Below are positions 29,693 through 38,797 of a DNA stretch of 64,000 nt, one piece after another. The translations under genes were made by a program, and so were the position numbers. Origin of the DNA: Promethearchaeota archaeon (lineage in GTDB: Archaea; Asgardarchaeota; Hermodarchaeia; Hermodarchaeales; Hermodarchaeaceae); contig JBHLMG010000010.1 in the NCBI GenBank assembly GCA_048938385.1, positions 28,774-92,773 on the forward strand, given 5' to 3'. Positions within the stretch are counted from its first letter, which is position 1, and every line of letters starts with the position of its first letter. Under the pieces are notes generated by a model, which saw only the letters and a program-made list of their open reading frames with translations, made no database searches and had not been told where the DNA came from.

Positions 29693-30618
29693 CGGCGTCG
29701 ACGAATGAACAGTCCGATTAAGATGATGATAACACAGTACATCACAACACTGAGAATTAAGAGTAGTTCGGGGGGAAGAACTAGCCAGTATCCTACAGGG
29801 GGACCACCTGGTTCAACCTGAAGGGACATGTCCTCGGGATAAGCATCATCGATCACTGGGATAGGAGCTGTGTGATTGCTCATCACGGCATAATATGGGA
29901 AAGCAGGAAAGACCACCGAGGAAATGTACTCCCGAGTTAAGGGTGTAGCAAATGCAAAGGCTTCCTCCACCACCACTTCCCCATCATCATCGGCATCGGC
30001 TGAAGCGTTCTGAAACGCATTGGTTAAGAAGTGATTGAATACATCACCAATAATTGGAAGCCCTTCTTCGGGTAACCCCGCCCAAGAATACTCGCCCACC
30101 TGTGAGGATGCCAAGTGCACATGACCTGCAGAATCAGTTCGCACTGGATTAATCATCGCCTCTGACCCACAAGCAGATACGACCAAGACTTTTTCCTGGC
30201 TAGCTAAATTTAACCAGCCTGATGAAAACCAATTCTCCCAGTGCATTTCGTTTAGTATCCAATTTCCATGGGCAAAGATGTAAAAAAGAACAACATCATT
30301 AGCGTCCGCGTTTTGTGCGAGGAAGTGAAGTGCTGCTTCACCCACGGATTGCGTAAGCGAGTCCTGATAGATTTGAATGTGATGGGTTTGCCATCCCAGC
30401 ACAAGGAGTGTTGAGATCCATTTCTGGACATCGCTGAAACCGGTGGGCAAATCGGAATTCGTGCCAGGGTAATCATCCATTTCTAAAAGGACTGCCCAAC
30501 CTTCTCTGGGATTATTTGGTAATTGACTAGTTACGATTCTTGGCAGGAGTAGAACTCCAAGCATCATGAAGAGGACGCTCAGTTGTTTTATCAAAAGTCT
30601 TCGGTGATATCTTGCCAC
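29689..30618 (-). CDS. Secreted, membrane-anchored caspase-like (clan CD) peptidase
   Basis: FYIFAHG (His) and VSACGS (Cys) dyad, DADDDGEV..EEAF, C-terminal TM plus RRRR; GTG 30618 gives a signal peptide (ORF open to 30711). Confidence 0.72.
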   Translation of the reverse strand: MARYHRRLLIKQLSVLFMMLGVLLLPRIVTSQLPNNPREGWAVLLEMDDYPGTNSDLPTGFSDVQKWISTLLVLGWQTHHIQIYQDSLTQSVGEAALHFLAQNADANDVVLFYIFAHGNWILNEMHWENWFSSGWLNLASQEKVLVVSACGSEAMINPVRTDSAGHVHLASSQVGEYSWAGLPEEGLPIIGDVFNHFLTNAFQNASADADDDGEVVVEEAFAFATPLTREYISSVVFPAFPYYAVMSNHTAPIPVIDDAYPEDMSLQVEPGGPPVGYWLVLPPELLLILSVVMYCVIIILIGLFIRRRR

Positions 30619-30727
30619 AGAATCACATTCAATAGATACATCTTGAGGCGCTGTTATATTAATAACCCGTAAGAGGTCAGAAGAAAAAAGGGGAAACTGC
30701 ACAAAAAGCAACTTGAAAAATTATGGT

Positions 30728-31642
30728 TCAGAGCTTTTCAAGACACAGATGAACCAATTTCTTGTCTTTATCCTGAAGGGTTCCAAGGATTTTCCCTTGA
30801 GCCTGTGCAGTTCCCTTGCCTTTCTGAATTTCTAATTTCGCGCTTAACTTTTGCAGTTCTTGGAGAATCGTATCACGAATAGAGGTGACTTTTTTTGGAG
30901 GAGTTGGTTTCGGGGCTGCGATTTCAAAGGCAAAGCGTTCCACTAAATGGTTATGGAATGCCTGATAGGTTTTAGGATTATCGAAGACTTCCACAGCTTG
31001 AACTCTGCCTTCACTTATCACGGCTAATCCGACCTGTTGTTGTTGAGGAGTTATCTGTGCGATTTCGTCGCGAATAGCATCCATGGCTTTTCCTTGCACA
31101 TGGCTAAGTCGAGAGGAAGTTTCAGAAGCATCGAGTAGTTGTTTCCCTTTGAGTTTACTCGTCTTCAGTTTCTCACGATATCCATGAACTTTACTCCAAA
31201 CCCGATCTTGTCCAGCAACGCTTTGGGTGATAGATACCCCTCGTACTCCTGGAGCAGCTACACTATAGTGCTCGACATCGGTCATCAGGCATTGATATTC
31301 GCGGATGGGGTGGATATCATGAGTACAACGACAGGGTAATTCTATTTGGATTTTAGGAGGGACGAGGTGGCTCCCAATGATAATGCGTGATTGAGTGCCT
31401 TCAGCATGCACATCCATTCCAGCAATGAACAATACGGGAAGCTTCGCCCTGTTGAAGACTAAGACCGCGTTGATGTCACCAGAGTCGCGAAGGTCAAGAA
31501 GGCCCTTTTGCAAGGCTTCGTGAGCGGTGAGGTAGTCCCGTGGAACAGCCTGTGACGGGCACAAGATAGGGATGAAGTGCGCGTTTCCAATTTGGTGAGC
31601 ACCTCCCAATTCGAGAGCGTCCAAGGCTTTTATTAGGTCCAT
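30728..31642 (-). CDS. ARPP-1 / DUF6569-like domain protein
   Basis: YLT..EAL..G, V.N....PVL...G......Q.R.I....LV, P..C, Q..VW, QVGLAV, VEVFDNP pattern. Confidence 0.6.
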   Translation of the reverse strand: MDLIKALDALELGGAHQIGNAHFIPILCPSQAVPRDYLTAHEALQKGLLDLRDSGDINAVLVFNRAKLPVLFIAGMDVHAEGTQSRIIIGSHLVPPKIQIELPCRCTHDIHPIREYQCLMTDVEHYSVAAPGVRGVSITQSVAGQDRVWSKVHGYREKLKTSKLKGKQLLDASETSSRLSHVQGKAMDAIRDEIAQITPQQQQVGLAVISEGRVQAVEVFDNPKTYQAFHNHLVERFAFEIAAPKPTPPKKVTSIRDTILQELQKLSAKLEIQKGKGTAQAQGKILGTLQDKDKKLVHLCLEKL

Positions 31643-31695
31643 TAGGGTTTCTTGGGTTTCAGTTATTGTGGTTCACCATTCCATTACACGAAATT

Positions 31696-31710
31696 TGTAA
31701 TTTAATTACA
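31696..31710. promoter_or_regulatory. 15-bp palindrome upstream of the ARPP-1-like gene
   Basis: TGTAATT-T-AATTACA between a TATA-like box and the start codon. Confidence 0.3.
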
Positions 31711-31824
31711 CCTAACGCGCTAAGTATAAAAATTTTAGCACGCCCTGACAATGAAGGATAAAAGCCTAACAAAACCCCCATTTGGGAGCGAATTAAAATG
31801 GCTGGTTTTCCCGGGGATTAGGCT

Positions 31825-32748
31825 TTAGCGGGTTCGATCGAGTTTAGCTAGACGGTCCAGGAGTTGTTTTCGTTTCCGTTTGTAGAAACCCTCCGTGACT
31901 CGCCCATCTTTATGTTGGAGTTCTAATGCACCTAAAAGATCGAGAACAGCATCTCGTTCGATCAGGGCCTCCGAGAGATATTCTACTCGATAGACTTCGT
32001 CGGATAGATCCCCCTTTTCTCTCGATGAAATCAGCAGCGATTCCACTTCATCAGGAGCGATGGTGATGGTTGTAACTTCAGTTTCTAGATAATCAATAGC
32101 AGATTGTATCTTCGTTTCAGTTTCTTCTGTCGTTGTGGTTGTCGCAGAGATTTCGTCATGCAAGGTCTGTGAAGCTGGTCTATTCTTAAGTAGAGGAAGA
32201 AGCCACGCAGGAAGTGCATCGTATTGTTCAGCCGTCGGATACCGCGAAATATCCACTGATTCTTCTTCTTGGATCCTGTCTTCAGCCCTAGCTCGACGAC
32301 GGAGATGGGCACCCTCTTGTCGTCGCCTCTGTCTTCGAGATGCCGTTCCTCGCTCAGCATTTGCTTCGCGCCGTCGACTGTGTGATCGTATTTCAGTGTA
32401 TAATACTCCGAACGCTGAATTTAACAACAATACAAGGAGGAGTGTTACTGCACTAACTAAGGATATTAAACTCCCAAATGTGATGAGCGCGTAGAGAGGG
32501 TGACTTGAACCCCATGAAGTCGAAAGAATCCCTAACCAGCCTGCGATGACAAGAAGAAGGATTGCAGTGAAGATGAGGAGACGATAACGATGCCAAGACC
32601 GACCCAAGTCTTCTGAGGGATGTCGGCTTGTGTTTGCGCCATTGGGTTCGTCGGGGTAGGACCCAGGCTCAGAGGGGGGGCGAATTGCCGAGACAACTCC
32701 GCGTTGAGATGTGAATCGGACCCACTTAAAAGTTCGGGCAGGAACCAC
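31825..32748 (-). CDS. Two-TM membrane protein with charged cytoplasmic domain
   Basis: Two hydrophobic helices, Arg-rich segment, helical C-terminus. Confidence 0.65.
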   Translation of the reverse strand: MVPARTFKWVRFTSQRGVVSAIRPPSEPGSYPDEPNGANTSRHPSEDLGRSWHRYRLLIFTAILLLVIAGWLGILSTSWGSSHPLYALITFGSLISLVSAVTLLLVLLLNSAFGVLYTEIRSHSRRREANAERGTASRRQRRRQEGAHLRRRARAEDRIQEEESVDISRYPTAEQYDALPAWLLPLLKNRPASQTLHDEISATTTTTEETETKIQSAIDYLETEVTTITIAPDEVESLLISSREKGDLSDEVYRVEYLSEALIERDAVLDLLGALELQHKDGRVTEGFYKRKRKQLLDRLAKLDRTR

Positions 32749-32754
32749 CCTTGT

Positions 32755-35703
32755 TTAAGATTCCTTTGGGGTGACTTTAAGCGTTTGAATTTGGTAAGGA
32801 GCGGTGGGAATTGTGAAGGTGTTACTTCCTGCCGATTTTACCAGAGATTGCTTGAAAGGCTTTTCATCCAGAGTTGCCTCCGTTACATTTAGAGTTGGTG
32901 AAAAACCGAAGGAAAGGTGTGTGGTTGTGGGTTCTCCATGGAGTTCGTAGATGCGGAGTATCGCGTTTTCGGAAGCTTCGGCTTTTTTGAGAATACTGAA
33001 TGCTACATTGCTTGGGGTTAGGTCGAGGAAGCTGTGTTTTGGCGGGAGAGAGTTCTCTTCTGTGGTAAAGAGTTGCATGGCTTTCAGAGGCACCACGAAG
33101 GTTTGAACCTGTGTGCGAACTGTTGGGTGTTGCCAAGTACCCTGGTGTGGAATTATGGAGTAGTGGAAGGTGTGGTCCCCAAGGCATTGGGCACCGGGTG
33201 TGGCGATTTCTGGACCAGCATGTCCTCGACGGGTAGTGAGATCATTACGAGAGAGCCAGCCTACGCATCGGAGTAGCGTGAGGGCAATGGTGCGTTTCGT
33301 ATCGGTGAGTACTTCATATTCAGGGAGACCACGGGAGGCAATGAGGAGTCCTTTGTCATCATCTGTGACATCGACGAAGGTTTGGAGGGCATGGGTTGTG
33401 GTGGAATCTTCAAACCAACCCATGTGCTTCCCGGGCACATTTGGTTGCTTGAGAATTGAGGTCATGTAGTAGTCTATCATCATCGGATATAACGGCGCCT
33501 CCCAGTCTTGTGAAGCCGGTGTGAGGGGGCGTTCAATGACATAGAAAGGGGTATCACCCCATGCAGTATCGGTAGCAAGGTGAGTAGGAAAGAGTACGCG
33601 CAGCCGGTGGTCGAGAACCCTATTCGAGACATTAGTTTGAACATCAACTCGCGGGCTTTGCGCGTAGATAGTGATGAGGTTTTCAACAGGAAGCTCAACC
33701 AATTGAGCCGCCCGTCGCCGGCGTGAAGCCTCTAATCCTTGAGGTATCTGCAACCGCAATCGCGCCTTCAATGTCACAGCAACTGGTCCTGCCTCAACAA
33801 CCCGCACCTCACAGTCAGAAACCTCCTGACTAGAAATCACATCATCTAACTCCGGAGGACAATATGTGTACTCATCCCCCCGATCCCCACCATCCTCAAA
33901 CACCAACACCGACGAATACCGCTGCCCTGTACCCTTATCAACCACTCCCACCACTCCATTCTCACACCCCACCTCAACCCGTACACGCTTATTCTCCACC
34001 ACCATCAACCCAGCCTCTTCTATTACAGTCACCCCACCAACTACATCCCCCGCCATCATCGACGCCCCTTCAGCCACAAATAGCGTCTCCACCCCCAATC
34101 CTACAACCTCCACTAACACCGTCACCACCAACCGCCCCTCTAATCCTCCGCCCTCAGGTTCCCCCACAAACCCCCGAGGGAGAGAGTGGAGCTCAAGGAG
34201 AGGAAGGAAAGATGGATCCATCTCTATCGCAGGAATAATTTGTGCAGGTAGCCGATTGCCCTCTGAATCATAAACACCAATTTTGGTGATGTCGCTGAAT
34301 GGTTTGATTGGTTGTATGAGTACGCGTACGGGACTGGTATGGGTCCATGGGTGTGGATTAAAGATCCGAATTGTCGCTATACAGGGCTGTGGTACCTTTG
34401 GAGAGGGAGTAGAGCCGGTTAGTTGGTTGATGTAGTTTACAGCATCACTGAGGATTTGGTTTCCGAGTTGTTGACTCCAAGCCGAGCGGCGTTCCATATC
34501 GGCATGGGTAGCATCAACGCTACAACCACAAATCGAATCGTGAGGATGATTTTGGAGTACCTGTTCCCAGGCGCGGCGTAATCCTTCAGCGGGGTAGGGG
34601 GCACCGTGCCACCAAGCAATGGTGGCGAAGGGTTCAGCCCATCGTTCCAAGAGTTGTTGGGTGGCAAAATTAGCCTGTTTGAGATAGATACGGGATGAAA
34701 AGACGCCTGAAAGTATAGAGATGTATTTGCTGCTATGTTGTTCTCCTTCAATTCGGGATAACTGATTTAGGTCAACTTCTTGGCGGATAATGTCAAGGTA
34801 GTCTTGGAGAGTGCCCTGCTTGAATTTTACACCTTGCATTTCTTGCAAGAAATCACTAAAAACTTCATCTAGAAATGGGCTTATTTGGTCGATGCCGGTG
34901 ACTTCGGTTGTGATCGGGCTTTTACCTAGATCCCCTAGGAGTTGGGAAACAGATCGTCCTTGAAGTATATCTTGGGTTTGTAGGCGTTGATTTAGCTTTT
35001 TAAGCAGATTGGGAAGAAAGGGTTGGGGAGGAAGGTGGTCGCTGCCATTCATCAACAAGATAGCAGAGCTCATAGCACGCAGAGATAAGACCTTCATGGG
35101 CATCAGTAACTGCGCCAACGAAGCATCGACGGAATTAGGAAGGTTAGCTGCAGTAGAATAACTAGTGCGTAAATGAACGAGAAGCACTTCTGACCCGTCA
35201 GGTGCGCGCCAAAGTAATTCAGTCGGCAAGGTTTTACCCTGGTCTTCAAGTCCTCGCCAAAAGATCGTGGAGGTCATGTTGAAGCCTTTCAAAAGTTGTG
35301 GTAATTGGGCGATATGACCGAAGGTATCAGGCACATACCCAATAGACATGATTGCTCCAAAATCCTTCGCAATTCGATGACCATAGAGCAGGTTACGGAT
35401 GAGGGCCTCTCCACTTACTAGGAACTCATCAGCTAACACATACCAGGGGCCAATTTGGAGGCGATTGTGTGAAATCAGGTTTTGAAGATGTTTCCGCTTA
35501 TTGGGGCGTAAATCGAGATAGTCATGAAGAATCAGGGTTTGGCCGTCTAAGTTGAAAGCTGTGAAGTCAGAATCCTGTTCTAGAAGGTTAATCAGTTGGT
35601 CCATGGTTTTTACGAGTTGCCAGCGAAACTCCTCGAAGGGTAAGTACCATTCACGATCCCAGTGGGTATGACTAACTACAATGACTGTCCGAAGAGGAGG
35701 CAC
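32755..35703 (-). CDS. GH38 alpha-mannosidase (MngB-like)
   Basis: SHTHWDREWY, LDGQT, PDTFGH (nucleophile Asp), NGSDH, HDSICGCS, TLLRCVG. Confidence 0.93.
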   Translation of the reverse strand: MPPLRTVIVVSHTHWDREWYLPFEEFRWQLVKTMDQLINLLEQDSDFTAFNLDGQTLILHDYLDLRPNKRKHLQNLISHNRLQIGPWYVLADEFLVSGEALIRNLLYGHRIAKDFGAIMSIGYVPDTFGHIAQLPQLLKGFNMTSTIFWRGLEDQGKTLPTELLWRAPDGSEVLLVHLRTSYSTAANLPNSVDASLAQLLMPMKVLSLRAMSSAILLMNGSDHLPPQPFLPNLLKKLNQRLQTQDILQGRSVSQLLGDLGKSPITTEVTGIDQISPFLDEVFSDFLQEMQGVKFKQGTLQDYLDIIRQEVDLNQLSRIEGEQHSSKYISILSGVFSSRIYLKQANFATQQLLERWAEPFATIAWWHGAPYPAEGLRRAWEQVLQNHPHDSICGCSVDATHADMERRSAWSQQLGNQILSDAVNYINQLTGSTPSPKVPQPCIATIRIFNPHPWTHTSPVRVLIQPIKPFSDITKIGVYDSEGNRLPAQIIPAIEMDPSFLPLLELHSLPRGFVGEPEGGGLEGRLVVTVLVEVVGLGVETLFVAEGASMMAGDVVGGVTVIEEAGLMVVENKRVRVEVGCENGVVGVVDKGTGQRYSSVLVFEDGGDRGDEYTYCPPELDDVISSQEVSDCEVRVVEAGPVAVTLKARLRLQIPQGLEASRRRRAAQLVELPVENLITIYAQSPRVDVQTNVSNRVLDHRLRVLFPTHLATDTAWGDTPFYVIERPLTPASQDWEAPLYPMMIDYYMTSILKQPNVPGKHMGWFEDSTTTHALQTFVDVTDDDKGLLIASRGLPEYEVLTDTKRTIALTLLRCVGWLSRNDLTTRRGHAGPEIATPGAQCLGDHTFHYSIIPHQGTWQHPTVRTQVQTFVVPLKAMQLFTTEENSLPPKHSFLDLTPSNVAFSILKKAEASENAILRIYELHGEPTTTHLSFGFSPTLNVTEATLDEKPFKQSLVKSAGSNTFTIPTAPYQIQTLKVTPKES

Positions 35704-35826
35704 ATCCGTTACCGCCTTTCAGTGTTTATACAGAAGTATTGTTCGTTGCTGCTTTATGTGGTTTTCACTTATCAAGAACCCTCTCTAGCTTTTTGTGTGC
35801 TCTTTCGATTTCTCAATCAAGTGAGG

Positions 35827-36087
35827 ATGAGTAGCGTGACACACCTCTCGCAACCGCAAGCGGACTCAGACCGTATTCTCTGGGAAGTGCTCCAAGAACT
35901 CCAACCCCACCGAGGCCACCAGCAGCAAGCCCAACTGCTTCGAGCAGGTCAGATTCAACGAATCCGGCCCCTTCTTGATTACGCAATTCGCCTTCAATGG
36001 CGGGCTGGTCATACTCCGGAGAGCGAAGCGGCTCTCAAACGGTTTGTCTACAGGTTTCTCAGCGGCTCAATCCCTCTCTACGATTAG
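35827..36087 (+). CDS. Small hypothetical protein
   Basis: 86-aa ORF from ATG 35827 filling the gap between two minus-strand genes. Confidence 0.5.
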   Translation: MSSVTHLSQPQADSDRILWEVLQELQPHRGHQQQAQLLRAGQIQRIRPLLDYAIRLQWRAGHTPESEAALKRFVYRFLSGSIPLYD

Positions 36088-36187
36088 CACCGTTTGGAAT
36101 AACCTGTTTTTCCTTGAAAAAAAGGTGTACTAGGAGCGGGCATCTGGGCGTTGGTGCCGCTCCTAGCCATTTTCATTGAGGCAAGAT

Positions 36188-37780
36188 TTACTTGCGCTTC
36201 TTCATCCAGTTGTATACAAAGATGATGATAACCCCGATCGCGATAACCGCACCAGCAATGATGATCCATTCGGTTGGTATACCAGGCGGGGGGATTGTAT
36301 AGACGACAGTTGCAACATTACTCCAGTTGGAGGTAGAGCCATTGATGAAGATTGCACGGGTACGGAAGTAATAGGTGCCTTCAACTTCTGCAGAGATATT
36401 CGCTGTATAAGCCTTGGTAGCAATGGTAGTGTTGATCAGGAGAGTAGCGAATGCAGCTGAACTGCTTCCTTGGAACTGGTACATAGCAATCTCGGTTTCA
36501 TTGATCGTTGTTGTCCAGGTGAAAGGGATCAATCCTGTAGAGGTGGTGGTAGGTCCTGTTAGCGTTATGGAAGCCGGTGGGGCACCGAGGTATTCGCCAA
36601 CTTCCCAGTCCCATTGGAAGACTTGGGCAAAGTAGTTGGCAACACCATTGTGGTGGATGATGACGCCAGCTTCACGGTTTTCTGAGACCGATTCGTTACT
36701 CCAGTTGATGCTGGATATTAACACGCGTTGACCATCGGCAATGACGCCTTTGTTATGGGTCCATCCGAAATAGGTTTGGTTGGTAAAAGCCACATGGACA
36801 CCGTTGGCTTTGAGATCCTCCGCCACCAACTGCATTCCAGAACTCCTGTTATCTAACATCACACGGCAGTAGACGCCTCGTAACACGGCTGCTTTAATGG
36901 CATCATTGAATTGGTTGGGATACCCGTCCCAATCAGCCTTGGAATACATTTGTTGGACATCTAAGGTTGTTGTCGCACTATCGATGAGGGCGACAATCGC
37001 AGGAATACAATAGTCAGGAGATACAAGGGAGGTAATCGTCATGGACCCAGTGAAGGTTTGGGCGCTGAATGGTGCAGGATAAGGACCGGTGTAGTTGAGG
37101 TTAGAGAGGTGGTCATAATCGTTGATATCTTCGCTATATAGTGTGGCTGCAGCAACATCTGAAGTGAAGACATTGAGGAAGTATTGGACGACATCCGCAT
37201 TTTGGATCGCGACCCCCCATTCCCGATTGCCATCACTTGTCTCAGGGGGAATTCCTGATTTGGCCCAATTAGCGCTTTGCACCAACACCACCTGTCGGTC
37301 GATGATGATGTATTTGGCATGAGTGAATCCAAGGTCGGTGCGAGATTTATAGGCAAAGACGGTCGCGCCATACCCTGGGAGCTGGGAGATATTGTAGAGC
37401 GCGGCGTGGGTCCAATGGTTTTCAGAAGCACTTGCCCATTTCCAAGAGACTATGACATGAATGATCATGCTGCCATTCCTTGCTTTCGCATCCGCCAGTT
37501 CGTGGAGTAGATAGCCATGGCTAATAGCATACATGGTGATCAGAATTTCGTTCTGGGCTTGACGGAGATATTTCAAGGTCGTCACATAAGAGGAGTCTGG
37601 AGAGGTATACGCTTCGACGGTTGCTGACCCCGTGGTGGTATTCGCCACGAAGTGAGTCTGCGCTTGTGCAGTCAATGGAAAATTAGGAGCATCGTTGTTA
37701 GGAGCAATGGGTCGTATGAATAGAACCATGCCCAGAATCATGATAATAAAGGATAATTGAAGGAGATGTGAGCGTTTCAT
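36188..37780 (-). CDS. Secreted phospholipase D-family protein with Fn3-like domain and C-terminal TM anchor
   Basis: Two HKD motifs (HAKYIIID, HNKGVIAD), SANW/SINW, NRE; YYFRTRA..SNWS. Confidence 0.9.
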   Translation of the reverse strand: MKRSHLLQLSFIIMILGMVLFIRPIAPNNDAPNFPLTAQAQTHFVANTTTGSATVEAYTSPDSSYVTTLKYLRQAQNEILITMYAISHGYLLHELADAKARNGSMIIHVIVSWKWASASENHWTHAALYNISQLPGYGATVFAYKSRTDLGFTHAKYIIIDRQVVLVQSANWAKSGIPPETSDGNREWGVAIQNADVVQYFLNVFTSDVAAATLYSEDINDYDHLSNLNYTGPYPAPFSAQTFTGSMTITSLVSPDYCIPAIVALIDSATTTLDVQQMYSKADWDGYPNQFNDAIKAAVLRGVYCRVMLDNRSSGMQLVAEDLKANGVHVAFTNQTYFGWTHNKGVIADGQRVLISSINWSNESVSENREAGVIIHHNGVANYFAQVFQWDWEVGEYLGAPPASITLTGPTTTSTGLIPFTWTTTINETEIAMYQFQGSSSAAFATLLINTTIATKAYTANISAEVEGTYYFRTRAIFINGSTSNWSNVATVVYTIPPPGIPTEWIIIAGAVIAIGVIIIFVYNWMKKRK

Positions 37781-38021
37781 GGTAACACTTTCCCTAGGAA
37801 GCCTAGAAGGATGGTTCCCCTCATATCAACTTCCTATTATATCTCTTCCCTTTATCTAGATTCATGAATTTAAACACGACATAAACCAGCACAAGAGGAA
37901 CGGAACCGTCTCGGAGCCTATGTAAGAGCTATCTTCCTGTGTTGCCTGAAAACTTGATATATGAACAGCTAATCAGTAGTAACGAAGTTTCTCTTGATTA
38001 GAGAATCGACGAATTCACTCG

Positions 38022-38513
38022 GTGGTAACAGTGGGTAAAGAACTTCATTATGAATATGCGCAATATCCACCAGCTGAAACAGCGTTCAAATGTCTAGTTA
38101 ATCGCTTGGATTTGCAGGTAAGAGAAGAAGATATGGGTGGGGGATTGCGGGCGGTGAATGAGACACGAAGTTTAGTTGTTCATTTACAAACCCGCGCCAC
38201 GCAGCGAGGGGGATTAAAAGTGGAAGTTCACATTCGGGTCTCAAGAGACGACGATATGGCGGCAGTGATGGCTTGTTTTGGTGAACCCCAGAAAGAACGC
38301 AAGATGGCCCCAACAGCCAAGGATTTCGCGAACCACGTGATAGCCTTAGAAGTTGGGGAGGATTCAGATGCCTTTGTTGCAGAAATTTGTGAACAGCTAG
38401 ATATTACTGTGGATCAGTTTGGAAATTACCGCGCTATGGTTCTGTCCACTTCAACCCTTCCCGGTGCTTCTAAGGAGTTAAAACAAGCAGCGAAGAAGCT
38501 CAAAACCTTGTAG
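38022..38513 (+). CDS. Hypothetical protein
   Basis: 163-aa ORF, no recognised motif. Confidence 0.6.
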   Translation: MVTVGKELHYEYAQYPPAETAFKCLVNRLDLQVREEDMGGGLRAVNETRSLVVHLQTRATQRGGLKVEVHIRVSRDDDMAAVMACFGEPQKERKMAPTAKDFANHVIALEVGEDSDAFVAEICEQLDITVDQFGNYRAMVLSTSTLPGASKELKQAAKKLKTL

Positions 38514-38535
38514 TCAACGCGAGGACGGAACGGGG

Positions 38536-38706
38536 TTACCCATAGGTGAGAGCATAAGATTCTGCTTTGTGACCACATTGTGGACAGACATACAAGTTTT
38601 TCTTCTTTTTGACACACGCCATGTGAAAAGCCGCGTTGCATTGGGAGCATTTTAGGGGGGTTTTGACGATACTACCACAGGCTTGGCATACATCTTCAGA
38701 GCTCAT
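38536..38706 (-). CDS. Stand-alone C4HC3 zinc finger (PHD / RING-variant-like), 56 aa; not in the ORF track
   Basis: Manual translation MSSEDVCQACGSIVKTPLKCSQCNAAFHMACVKKKKNLYVCPQCGHKAESYALTYG*; fills an intergenic gap; GAAATGTTTAAT promoter-like box upstream. Confidence 0.8.
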   Translation of the reverse strand: MSSEDVCQACGSIVKTPLKCSQCNAAFHMACVKKKKNLYVCPQCGHKAESYALTYG

Positions 38707-38797
38707 GATATCACGGACCTTATTGGTAATACTCTACAAATTACCTGATTAAACATTTCTCTAGACCTGCTATTGACGCCGATTTGGTGTAGATACC

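Noticed and set aside
33864-34273. Two overlapping + strand Pro/Thr/Ser-rich ORFs (124 and 135 aa) that look mucin-like
   Set aside because: Antisense to the GH38 gene; they stay open only because the C/A-rich strand lacks stop codons
38426-38650. 74-aa minus-strand ORF in the track
   Set aside because: Wrong frame; the overlapping 38536-38706 frame encodes a coherent C4HC3 finger and does not overlap the neighbouring gene
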